DNA of 64,000 bases, taken from an uncultured virus (IMG/VR IMGVR_UViG_3300046171_000301) (lineage: Duplodnaviria; Heunggongvirae; Uroviricota; Caudoviricetes). The stretch is taken from IMG/VR virus record IMGVR_UViG_3300046171_000301. One strand, given 5' to 3'. Shown piece after piece: positions 49,531 to 58,608 of this stretch; within the stretch, counting starts at the first letter, position 1, and the number at the start of each line of letters is the position of its first letter. The translations under genes were made by a program, and so were the position numbers. The notes beneath the pieces are model-generated. The model made no database searches. It saw nothing but the letters and a program-made list of their open reading frames with translations, and was not told the origin of the DNA.

Positions 49531-50742
49531 GTAGTTAAGATCTATGGTTGTGCCGCCTTCGTTACTGGTATTAGAAATTTTTAAAGCTGCATCAGTTCTG
49601 GATGAGGTGAAGTTGTATAAGTAACATCCGGCTGTAACAGAGCCAGTGTTTTTTGACCAGAAATACTCATCAGTGTTTACATAGCTATCAAACTCGGCGG
49701 GGCCGGTTACGTTCATGTTACCGGTAAATGTAGAATCACCAGTATGAGAACCACTAAATCCAATTGAATCAGGAGCAGGGGAGGCTTCAATCCAATACTT
49801 ACCACCAGGATCGCCGTTGGGTCCAATCGGATCTTGATACAAGATATACAGAGATGTATCAGAAGAATCTGAGTTCCACCACATTGTTCCTACTTCATAA
49901 TTAGCAGGTGTGGGAGGAGTGTTTGAAATAATTGTTTCACTGCCAACGCCTGTAAGCTGTGAGCCATCACCAATGAAAGCATTTGCGGTCAAATCACCGG
50001 AGATAACATCTCCTGATTTACTTACATACGCTGTAGCAGCGGTTGCTTCGCTTGTGCTAATTGCACTTGTTACATAGGTTGTATTAGCCTTAAGAGCAAG
50101 CTGAGTATTGACGTAAGTTGTAGCTGCTCTTGTAGCAATTTGTGCATCAATATATGTACGCAGGGTCGTGTCCAAACCTGTGACTTGTCCATCAACATAT
50201 TGCTTTGGTGTCGCAGCCAGTGCCTCTCCACCAGGATTGCCTGAAAGCAGCAGTGGGCCAGTCATTGTGCTGCCAGCTTTAGCTACATATCGTGCATCGC
50301 TTTCATCTTTATCATAATAGCCAGCGCCTAATGTAAAGCTATCAGGGCTAGCATCAACCCAGCTCGAATTATCGCCATCATAAATATATAAACGGCCATT
50401 GGATGTATTCCACCACAGCTCACCATTTTGACCTGTTGTTGGCGAACCAATAGAAGTTCTTGCCACACCACCAATAAAACTAGGAGCTGTCAAGTTTCCT
50501 GTCAGTGTTGAGCCAGAAAGACTTACATAACGATCATCAAGTGTTTCACCGGCAGGAACGTCAGGCACTGCAGACACTTGAAGTTTCTGAATAACATTGT
50601 TACTATCTTTCAGAAAAATTGTAGCATCGGTAGTTGCGTAGTTAATGGCTAACTCGCCATACTCCATTTGATCAACGGTAGGAGCCTGCGCGGTAATATT
50701 GTCTGTGAGTGTTTTAAGGCTTCTTTTAAGCTGTAATTTCAT
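47827..50742 (-). CDS. tail fibre with DGSAxF repeats and peptidase S74 domain
   Basis: GELAINY N-terminus, AATPKQYVD, VSDIKFKENI. Confidence 0.88.
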   Translation of the reverse strand: MKLQLKRSLKTLTDNITAQAPTVDQMEYGELAINYATTDATIFLKDSNNVIQKLQVSAVPDVPAGETLDDRYVSLSGSTLTGNLTAPSFIGGVARTSIGSPTTGQNGELWWNTSNGRLYIYDGDNSSWVDASPDSFTLGAGYYDKDESDARYVAKAGSTMTGPLLLSGNPGGEALAATPKQYVDGQVTGLDTTLRTYIDAQIATRAATTYVNTQLALKANTTYVTSAISTSEATAATAYVSKSGDVISGDLTANAFIGDGSQLTGVGSETIISNTPPTPANYEVGTMWWNSDSSDTSLYILYQDPIGPNGDPGGKYWIEASPAPDSIGFSGSHTGDSTFTGNMNVTGPAEFDSYVNTDEYFWSKNTGSVTAGCYLYNFTSSRTDAALKISNTSNEGGTTIDLNYDGSASFAGVFEIGDGAGPSDTGFKFNPAGWWYATRANGNTDVFFRGYRQDTGVETITLDADGSAKFTGDINGGPNNNFSVNGSGSTLGLEGYLKLFHSTTETHPWLQFFKSDGSGGTTKVVEFFDSGSATFAGGLTVGDYASNTAGAKIFDNSGNTGLYVNGTGAAARAFGVYNGSSSSYPVSIYHDGSATFTAPTSYGVKSQVSGGNNGQKFPFVGANSSGTTTFSVDGDGRATFANYVHCQSYSPNQIFIGSGSGGKQYAFYSTAGDGSTVNVGLGLDGSASFTGDLDVGNPSTGSSNSGVKVYSNGGLYIYTDNAEGTSKNFKFINTTDTEVIAFGNDGSAEFAETVQVGDYTNGGNAGLLLYANGSAVYNNDVVIGGTGASRNIQLKADGSAEFASKIQSGGDPNSGTARGTSINEFGTIRAAQNSGTSSVFEGYTVGTSSPTSLIKADGSAMFAGNITAGNVSDIKFKENIEAAPSQLSDISAFKLKTFDWKDEAPISDELKAQRKLGLIAQEVEAICPEMVYEVAGQDGDSYKAINHDVLIMKLLGAVKELTAEVAALKAS

Positions 50743-50804
50743 TGCTAAAAAGCTCCAATGGAAATAGAAATCTCATTAATATGATAACTATTTCTTGTCT
50801 CTAT

Positions 50805-51368
50805 TTATGCATAAACACCACTATCGAAGCTGATAGGATCAATATCAATAGCCATGTAATTATCGTTTACAGCTGTACCACACGGAAGAATTACAGCATC
50901 TACTGATGTTCTATCTGGTATGGTTGTCCAGTATCCAGGGTTATTGGCACTTAAATAGTATATTGATCCAACTTCTAACGTTGTAGCACCTTCATCTGTA
51001 ATATCAGCACAGTTAAATAAATCAATTACAGAATTCTGCGTGAATTGTGTGACTTGTCCAACATTAGCCGCTTCGGTTGCTACACCAACAATTTTTGCTG
51101 TACCTAAAGATAATGAACTCCCGGCTACTGCTTCATCTGCATCATTTAAATATATTAGCATTCCACGTTTTATTGGCTGACTAATGGCAGCCACTGTTGC
51201 TTGACCGTAAATAGGAATATTAGAGATTGTGGGAGTTTCAGTATTGCCACTACTATCATTATCAGAAAGCAGCCATGTTCCTGGACCTAGAGCCTGATTA
51301 GGATTTACGTAGACATATGTCCTTCCGAATAATGTTTTTGTATCTCCAATACTAGGCATCGCTTTCAA
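50805..51368 (-). CDS. virion structural protein (fibre-associated)
   Basis: Context and G..YYLS...G motif. Confidence 0.6.
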   Translation of the reverse strand: MKAMPSIGDTKTLFGRTYVYVNPNQALGPGTWLLSDNDSSGNTETPTISNIPIYGQATVAAISQPIKRGMLIYLNDADEAVAGSSLSLGTAKIVGVATEAANVGQVTQFTQNSVIDLFNCADITDEGATTLEVGSIYYLSANNPGYWTTIPDRTSVDAVILPCGTAVNDNYMAIDIDPISFDSGVYA

Positions 51369-51604
51369 TCCACTTTGTTAAATTACCTTCAACAGCTTCT
51401 TTAGCTACTGCAGTCAAGAGGTGCTGATACACCATGATTAGCCTTGAGGTTTCTTTGAGATGATCTTTCAAAGATTCCACGTCATTGCAATTATCAATTT
51501 CATCATTGATAACTCTTAATCGTAGTTCAGACTCCAACGGTATTTTGAAGTCACTGTCTTTAAACATATGAGTTACATACGATCTATATCTTTAGTATAA
51601 GCAT

Positions 51605-51633
51605 TAAAAAAGAGCCTGCGTTAGCAAGCTCTT
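51605..51633 (-). terminator. intrinsic terminator
   Basis: Minus strand GAGCTTGC-TAAC-GCAGGCTC-TTTTTT. Confidence 0.75.
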
Positions 51634-51643
51634 AGTGCATAAT

Positions 51644-52204
51644 TCATGGATTACTTCCAGTAACCTTTAATGTCATATCAACAACTGAATTGCCAGTACC
51701 TGCAGAAGCTATAAAGTCAGCTAGCGCTGCTCCATTAGTTCCACCAAGTCCCATAGAAATCATTGAGAACTCTATGAACGTATCTAATTGACTAGGTTCG
51801 TAGTGATTTGCAGTCAAGGTGTCTAAACCTTGTTGCATCACTGCTTCTTCGTAATCATTAACTGTACCAACGCTTACATCTAGCACATTTGCATAGTTGT
51901 ATTCGTCAGACGTTTCGGAAACTTCTTCTTCAGAGTTGAGCCCGAAGGTCCCCTCCCAAGAGTAGAAGTTGTTGTTTGCGGCAGTGAAGACAATGGATCG
52001 ATCTGCAGTTCTCCATGTATCCATGCTGGCACGATCTTTAAAGTGAATAAAGAATGATGTGCCGGTGAGATCTCCAATTTGATCGATTCCGAAGTTTTCA
52101 TATAGGTCTTCCCCTGAAGAGAAGACCTGATATGAGACGTCGAACCCATTGCCATCAACCGCAGAGGTTGGTGTGAAGGCAAAGGTCGCACCCGCCGTAC
52201 CCAG
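51644..52204 (-). CDS. probable readthrough extension of the giant fibre (or separate gene from ATG 52024)
   Basis: Open and in frame with the upstream gene from its TAG for 186 sense codons. Confidence 0.65.
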   Translation of the reverse strand: MGTAGATFAFTPTSAVDGNGFDVSYQVFSSGEDLYENFGIDQIGDLTGTSFFIHFKDRASMDTWRTADRSIVFTAANNNFYSWEGTFGLNSEEEVSETSDEYNYANVLDVSVGTVNDYEEAVMQQGLDTLTANHYEPSQLDTFIEFSMISMGLGGTNGAALADFIASAGTGNSVVDMTLKVTGSNP

Positions 52205-55200
52205 CTACTCAGTTTCGAGGAAGGATTTCTCGATAGATTTAAGAGCACCTGTAGCTTTGTCAATCACAAGGAACAGATAATTATCTGTGCCTGTGCCGTC
52301 AACAGGAACTGAATCAGCAGTTGTTTTACCAACTAACTGAGCGTTCACACTATCACCAATCGCAACCTTAGTGTTATCAGCGGCGATACGTGCAGCTTCT
52401 TCGTCAGAAATTGCGGTAGCGTTTGCGGTAATGTTGGTTGTATTAGTGCTTACGTTTCCTGAGATAGTGGCGTCAGCTGCCTTATAGGCTGCATCCAGAC
52501 CAGACACTGCAGTGACACGAGCAGCAGTTTCATCTGCAATAGCAGTTGCATTAGTTGCAATGTTTGCGGTATGTGTATTGTCTGCTGCAATACGTGCATT
52601 TTCTTCAGCAGCAATTGCTGTAGTACGTGCTGATGCTTCAGCGGCATCAGCGGCAATACGAGCAGTTTCTTCTGCAGAAATGGCGGCTGTGTTAGAAGCA
52701 ACGGTGCCGTTCGTGAGAGCCAAGATTGCGTTAGCGCGAGCTGTAGCCTCTGCAGTTACAGCAGCTGAGCGATCAGCGATTTCCTGATTCAAGTTAGCTG
52801 TCAGAGTATTATCTGCAGCTATACGAGCAGCCTCTTCAGCAGAAAGTGCAGTTGCTGTTGTGGGATCCGCTTCTAAAACATCTAAGCGACCTGACAGCGC
52901 AGAGTCAGCAGAAGTCCGAGAAGTAGCTTCAGCAGTCAGCAATGTCTGAGTTGTAGGATCAGCTTCAAGAGTGTCCAGTCGGCCAGACAGTGCTGTATCA
53001 GCATTTGTACGTGCTGTTGTTTCAGTAGCAATTGCAGCTGCATTAGTAGCAATGCCAGACAGGTCAACACCAGCAACCAGGTTATCAGCGTAAAGCTTGT
53101 TAACCAGGTGTGCATCAGCTGTAGGAGCTGTAGCAGCAGAAATCAGACCAGTGAAGGAGGCTGTACCGTCAACACCAATGGTTGAAGATGCTCCTCCTGA
53201 TGTTGTGAAAGTCTGCCCATCAACAAGTCGTGTGCCATCAAGGATAATACCAGCCAATCCTGTCCAGTCGCCAGGGCCAGAAACAATCGTAATTGCCGTA
53301 ATTTGATCGCCAAACAGGGCATATGGATTGTTAACAACAGTCTTACCGAGAAGATTAAGTGTGTTTGGGGTAAGATTGACCGCTACCTCTCCGTTACTAG
53401 TAGTAAAGGACATGCTGCCATTACTTTCTGTGTGGTAACCCTTCTGATAGTAAGCAATCAGTTCAAGGGTACTTGTCGAAGTAAGAGGGATTGGATTATC
53501 AAGTGTGAAGGTTGCAGTTGAGCTAGTTCCACCACTTATGCTGGGCTGGAAGCCCCACATTTCACCCATGGCGTCACCTTCTTCTCCATTAGTGGTGAAG
53601 ATTTCTGTAACTTCATAACCAGCTCTTACAGGTCCAACTACTGTACCGTCGCTCCAAGTAACTGTGCTTGAAGTTGCACCTACACCCATCTGAATAGCAC
53701 CTGACATTGTGCCACCAGCCAGAGGCAGGAGCAAAGCATCAGCAGCTTGACGTGCGGTGGCTTCAGCAGTAAGCAGTGTTTGAGTTGTGGGGTCTGCTTC
53801 CAGTACATCTAAACGTCCAGACAGAGCTGAGTCTGCTGAAGTACGGGAAGTAGCTTCTGCGTCAATGTTGGACTGCAGGGTTGTGTCAGCACCAGCGCGA
53901 GCCGCAGCTTCTGAATCAATGTTTGATTGCAGAGTTACATCAGAGTTCTGGCGAGCAGTTGTCTCAGTGGCAATCTGGTTTGTAACGGTAGTCGAGAAGT
54001 TCTCGTCATCGTTAATCGCATTTGCCAACTCGTTAAGAGTATTCAGCAGATCAGGTGCGCCGTTAGTAAGTGCTTCGATAGCAGCTGCGTTGGTTGCAGC
54101 TTTGCTGTCCACATACAGCTTGTTGGTCAGATGCTCATCAGCTGTGGGAGCTGTAGCAGCAGAAATCAGTCCAGTGAAGGAAGCTGTACCGTCAACACCA
54201 ATTGTCGCTAATGAAGACGTAGCACCAGAGAGTCCTGGATTTTCGGTAGAAGCTGCAATAGACCCAAAGCCTGTAAGTGTCTTACCTGTTGCCTCTTCTG
54301 TTGCTGATTCAGAGGATTGGCAGCACAGAAGTTCTGTTGATGCAATCGCTTCAAGGTTTTCAGTTGGAACGGTAAAGTCAGCAGTGTAAACAGAAGATCC
54401 ATTTACAAAGCGGGCATTAGAAATGAATCCTTTAAAGTATTCGCTGCCGTAACCGTAGCCAATAACCAAAGCGGATATTTGATCTGCGCTTGCGTCAACG
54501 ACTTCCCAGACTTTCACTCCATCGACAAATGCACGTACAGTTGTACCTTCTTTTGTCAAGGCAACATGTGCCCATTGATTAAAGGAAACCGTACCAACCC
54601 CTCCACTGCTCTGGGCTTGAGTGAAGAATTCCCATGCACCATTGCGTACACGCATGTGGAAATATTCACTGCCATGAGTACTTTCGTTTGCACCCATAAT
54701 TCTGTAGGTGCCACTAGAATCTCCAGTGGGATACACCCAAGCTTCCATACTCCAGTTGGAATCTGCCGCTAATGTTCCAGGACCAGCAACTGACAGATAG
54801 TCATCAACTCCATCAAATTCAACTGAACCTGAAGTACCAGATGCTGCAGTTGCACCAAATTCAATGGCACCAGACATAGTGCCACCAGCCAGAGGCAATA
54901 GCAGAGCATCAGCCGCAATACGAGCAGCCGCTTCAGCGTCAATATTTGACTGAAGTGTAGTATCGGCAGATGTACGAGCGTTGGCTTCTGCAGTGACTGC
55001 AGTTGTACGATCACTGACTTCAGTAGCCAGATTTGTTGTCAGAGTGTTGTCTGCTGCAATACGTGCTGCAGCCTCTACATCAATGTTGCTTTGCAGAGTT
55101 GTGTCAGCAGCAGAACGGGCAGTAGCTTCGTTCGATACTGCAGTTGTACGATCACTGACTTCAGTAGCCAAGTTGGTCGTCAGTGTGTTGTCTGCAGCAA

Positions 55201-58200
55201 TACGTGCAGCAGCCTCAGAAGTAATGCTTTGCTGCAGATTTGTGTCACCGGTTTGACGTGCTGTTGTTTCAGCCGCAATCTGACCAGTAATTGTGGCCGA
55301 GAAGTTCTCGTCATCGTTGATTGCTTCAGCTAACTCATTCAGTGTGTTGAGAAGCTCAGGTGCTCCACCAACAACAGCTTCAATCGCAGCTGCGTTACTA
55401 GCAACTTGAGTGTCCACATACAGCTTGTTAGTCAAATGTGCATCAGCTGTAGGTGCTGTTGCAGCAGAGACCAGACCAGAGAATGAAGCCGTACCATCCA
55501 CACCAATAGTTGAAGCTGCACCTGAGCTACTACCATCAACAAGAACAACGCCGTCAACTTCAATTCCAGTTACTGCAAGGCTAATTCCATTATTGACTTC
55601 AAAACGAATGTTTTGCAGTCCTGACGCAGGTAATGTGGTCAGGGTGTCGAACGCGTTTGCACCACTCATGGTTTGAGTGACTTTGTCAGCTAAACCATAG
55701 TTAAGACAATAGGTGCCACCCATTCCCCAGTTACGAATACGAACAACTGAAGAACTGCTAATAGCGCTTGGGAAATTATAAAGAACAGCTTGTCCTGAAC
55801 CAGCACTTGTAATTGTTGTTAAATCTCCATCAAAAGCATTTTCTGGATTATTAACAGTTTGAACAAAACCAGTGCTGTAAGTTACACCTGCTGCTGAGCC
55901 CATCTGAATAGCACCAGACATGGAGCCACCAGCCAAAGGCAAGAGTAATGCGTCAGCTGTAATACGTGCGGCTTCTTCAGCAGAAACGGCTGTTTGACGG
56001 TTGCTAACTTCAGTAGCCAGATTTGTTGTCAGAGTGTTGTCTGCAGCGATACGTGCAGCAGCTTCTGCGTCAATGTTGGACTGAAGTGTAGTATCTGCAC
56101 CAGAACGAGCGGTGACTTCTGAATCAATGTTGGACTGAAGTGTTACGTCGGAGTTCTGACGTGCAGTTGTTTCTGCAGCAATTTGATTAGTAACGGTAGT
56201 CGAGAAGTTTTCGTCATCGCTAATTGCTTGAGCTAACTCATTCAATGTATTGAGCAGCTCAGGTGCACCACCCACGACAGCTTCGATAGCAGCTGCGTTA
56301 GTTGCCGCTTTGCTGTCCACATACAGCTTGTTCGTCAGATGTGCATCAGCGGTCGGAGCTGTAGAGGCTGAAACCAACCCGGAGAAGGATGCTGTACCGT
56401 CAACACCAACGGTTGCGTTGCCGCCAAAATCAATAGCACCACTCATAGTGCCACCAGCCAGATCAAGCTTCAGTGCGTCAGCTGCAATACGTGCTGTCTC
56501 TTCGGCGTCAATATTGGATTGAAGGGTCGTATCAGCAGATGTACGGGCAGAAGCTTCAGCAGAAACAGCTGCAGTGCGATCTGTAACTTCTTGCGCTAGA
56601 TTAGTTGTCAGGGTGTTATCGGCAGCTACACGTGAAGCAGCTTCTGCATCAATGTTGCTTTGCAGAGTTGTATCAGCATTTGTACGTGCTGTTGTCTCAG
56701 CAGAAATTGCAGCTGCGTTAGTAGCGATACCGGAAAGATCAACACCAGCAACCAGGCTGTCTGCGTACAACTTGTTAACCAAGTGTGCATCGGCTGTAGG
56801 TGCTGTAGAAGCAGAAATCAGACCGTCAAATGAAGCTGTACCATCCACATTAAGAGTTGCGGCGCCTTGCACAGTACCTGTGACAATAACTCCGTCAACT
56901 TCGATTGCGTGAATATCATAACGAGTGCGAGTGCCGTTGTAAGGAACAGAAATTCCCTCGAACACAAAAGGCGCACCGTTCACTCCAATCACAGGAAGTG
57001 TCAGCCACTCGCCCCCATTGGTTGTAACAGCACCCTCAGAGTAACCAACGTTACCACTGGCGGTATGAAGTGTCATACTCGTGGAACTGTAGTTATAATC
57101 TCCAGCAAAAGTGCTCTTACTCGCATACACACGTAATGTCGAGTTGACTGTAATCGGGTTAAACCTCAAAACCCCGGAGCTTGCCTGCAGGACAACAAAT
57201 GAATTCAGATCGCCGTCAAACGCACTTTCGGCAGATGATCCATGCTTTATGTTGTCGCCATGAGGGTTAATGGAACTGAAGTCCATACCACCAGATCCCA
57301 ACTGAATAGCACCAGACATGGTGCCACCAGCCAGAGGCAACAGCAGAGCATCAGCAGCTTGACGTGCCGTGGCTTCATCAGTTACAGCGGCAATTCTTGC
57401 TGCAGCTTCAGTGTCAATATTAGACTGAAGCGTTGTGTCAGCAGAAGCGCGTGTAGAAGCCTCACTTTCTTGTGCACTTTCAAGTGCTTGCAAAGCCTGC
57501 TTAACACTTGTGTTGTCGTTAATTGTAGAACCAGAGAAGGTACCCAAGGTTGTGCTACCTGTGCCCATACCAGTCAGGGTTTCTAAATTATCAACATCAT
57601 CTTCAACGTCACTAACAGCATTAGTACGTGCTGTTGTTTCAGCGTCAATATTGCCCTGAAGAGTGATGTCAGCGGCACTACGAGAAGCGGCCTCTGCTTC
57701 AAGAGCAGTCTCTAACAGTTGAAGAGCAGCTTTAATGTTAGAAGCATCAACAATAGTTGAACCTGTGAATGAGCCAAGATCAACAGAACCGGCTGCCAAA
57801 CCACTCAGTGCTACTAAGTCATTAGCATCAGACGTGACTGCATTCAAAGCAGTTGCATCACCCTTAGTCTCAACCTTAGTTTCGAGATCTTGCAGAGCGG
57901 TCTTGATGTCAACTGAATCACTGATTGTAGATCCAGTAAATGAGCCGAGATTTGTAGAATCTTTTGCAACACCTGTTAGTGTTGCCATGTTATCAACGTG
58001 AGTTTCATTTCCGTTGATTAGATTTGTAATTGTTGTTGAGAAATTACTATCTGCTCCGAGAGCATCAGACAGTTCTTTTAAAGTGTCTAATGCAGCAGGA
58101 GCGCCGTTTACTAGCGCATCAAGTGCAGATGTAACATATGATTCAGTCGCGAAGCCATTCAGAAAATTACCAACGGAGATGCTCTTAGAAGCATAAGAGA

Positions 58201-58291
58201 CGCCGCCATCAGTAGTATCTGACAAATAAAGGAGATCGTCAGCCGACGCCTCCCCTGTGGTCAACAGACCAGATACTTTGTAGGAAGCCAT
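52205..58291 (-). CDS. giant repetitive fibre protein (2028 aa), coiled-coil shaft with inserted globular domains including LamG/ConA-like
   Basis: ARxxAD heptad repeats, APELLNTLNELA, HLTNKLYVD; W.HVAL...FKGFISNAR LamG motif. Confidence 0.88.
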   Translation of the reverse strand: MASYKVSGLLTTGEASADDLLYLSDTTDGGVSYASKSISVGNFLNGFATESYVTSALDALVNGAPAALDTLKELSDALGADSNFSTTITNLINGNETHVDNMATLTGVAKDSTNLGSFTGSTISDSVDIKTALQDLETKVETKGDATALNAVTSDANDLVALSGLAAGSVDLGSFTGSTIVDASNIKAALQLLETALEAEAASRSAADITLQGNIDAETTARTNAVSDVEDDVDNLETLTGMGTGSTTLGTFSGSTINDNTSVKQALQALESAQESEASTRASADTTLQSNIDTEAAARIAAVTDEATARQAADALLLPLAGGTMSGAIQLGSGGMDFSSINPHGDNIKHGSSAESAFDGDLNSFVVLQASSGVLRFNPITVNSTLRVYASKSTFAGDYNYSSTSMTLHTASGNVGYSEGAVTTNGGEWLTLPVIGVNGAPFVFEGISVPYNGTRTRYDIHAIEVDGVIVTGTVQGAATLNVDGTASFDGLISASTAPTADAHLVNKLYADSLVAGVDLSGIATNAAAISAETTARTNADTTLQSNIDAEAASRVAADNTLTTNLAQEVTDRTAAVSAEASARTSADTTLQSNIDAEETARIAADALKLDLAGGTMSGAIDFGGNATVGVDGTASFSGLVSASTAPTADAHLTNKLYVDSKAATNAAAIEAVVGGAPELLNTLNELAQAISDDENFSTTVTNQIAAETTARQNSDVTLQSNIDSEVTARSGADTTLQSNIDAEAAARIAADNTLTTNLATEVSNRQTAVSAEEAARITADALLLPLAGGSMSGAIQMGSAAGVTYSTGFVQTVNNPENAFDGDLTTITSAGSGQAVLYNFPSAISSSSVVRIRNWGMGGTYCLNYGLADKVTQTMSGANAFDTLTTLPASGLQNIRFEVNNGISLAVTGIEVDGVVLVDGSSSGAASTIGVDGTASFSGLVSAATAPTADAHLTNKLYVDTQVASNAAAIEAVVGGAPELLNTLNELAEAINDDENFSATITGQIAAETTARQTGDTNLQQSITSEAAARIAADNTLTTNLATEVSDRTTAVSNEATARSAADTTLQSNIDVEAAARIAADNTLTTNLATEVSDRTTAVTAEANARTSADTTLQSNIDAEAAARIAADALLLPLAGGTMSGAIEFGATAASGTSGSVEFDGVDDYLSVAGPGTLAADSNWSMEAWVYPTGDSSGTYRIMGANESTHGSEYFHMRVRNGAWEFFTQAQSSGGVGTVSFNQWAHVALTKEGTTVRAFVDGVKVWEVVDASADQISALVIGYGYGSEYFKGFISNARFVNGSSVYTADFTVPTENLEAIASTELLCCQSSESATEEATGKTLTGFGSIAASTENPGLSGATSSLATIGVDGTASFTGLISAATAPTADEHLTNKLYVDSKAATNAAAIEALTNGAPDLLNTLNELANAINDDENFSTTVTNQIATETTARQNSDVTLQSNIDSEAAARAGADTTLQSNIDAEATSRTSADSALSGRLDVLEADPTTQTLLTAEATARQAADALLLPLAGGTMSGAIQMGVGATSSTVTWSDGTVVGPVRAGYEVTEIFTTNGEEGDAMGEMWGFQPSISGGTSSTATFTLDNPIPLTSTSTLELIAYYQKGYHTESNGSMSFTTSNGEVAVNLTPNTLNLLGKTVVNNPYALFGDQITAITIVSGPGDWTGLAGIILDGTRLVDGQTFTTSGGASSTIGVDGTASFTGLISAATAPTADAHLVNKLYADNLVAGVDLSGIATNAAAIATETTARTNADTALSGRLDTLEADPTTQTLLTAEATSRTSADSALSGRLDVLEADPTTATALSAEEAARIAADNTLTANLNQEIADRSAAVTAEATARANAILALTNGTVASNTAAISAEETARIAADAAEASARTTAIAAEENARIAADNTHTANIATNATAIADETAARVTAVSGLDAAYKAADATISGNVSTNTTNITANATAISDEEAARIAADNTKVAIGDSVNAQLVGKTTADSVPVDGTGTDNYLFLVIDKATGALKSIEKSFLETE

Positions 58292-58294
58292 TTA

Positions 58295-58567
58295 CTATTC
58301 CAGAATAAGAAATTGGGTACCCTCTAAAGTTTGCACTTTTGAGTTCAAATCTATTATATCTGCCTGCAAGTTCGTCACTAACAAATTAAGGCTGTCTAAC
58401 TTACTTTGTATGTCGTGCAAATCTGTAATTTCTGACTCTGTATGAGTATGGTCATCTTCTGGCGGACGTACTTGCCAAACGCCTCTTACATATTCCCAGG
58501 TTTCACCTGTAGCGTCATTAGTGACAACCGTAGTGACATTGGGATCTGGAAATATAAAAGGACTCAT
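58295..58567 (-). CDS. small fibre-associated protein
   Basis: FPDP N-terminus shared with 45830..47785; HTH.ESEITDL motif. Confidence 0.7.
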   Translation of the reverse strand: MSPFIFPDPNVTTVVTNDATGETWEYVRGVWQVRPPEDDHTHTESEITDLHDIQSKLDSLNLLVTNLQADIIDLNSKVQTLEGTQFLILE

Positions 58568-58608
58568 TTATTCTCTTTTATTGATTCTATTCTACCCTCC
58601 TTTATTTA

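Noticed and set aside
52512..58196. Numerous + strand ORFs opposite the fibre gene
   Set aside because: Antisense shadows of Ala/Thr-rich repetitive coding sequence
43585..58291. Diversity-generating retroelement acting on the fibres
   Set aside because: No reverse transcriptase and no template/variable repeat pair differing only at adenines seen
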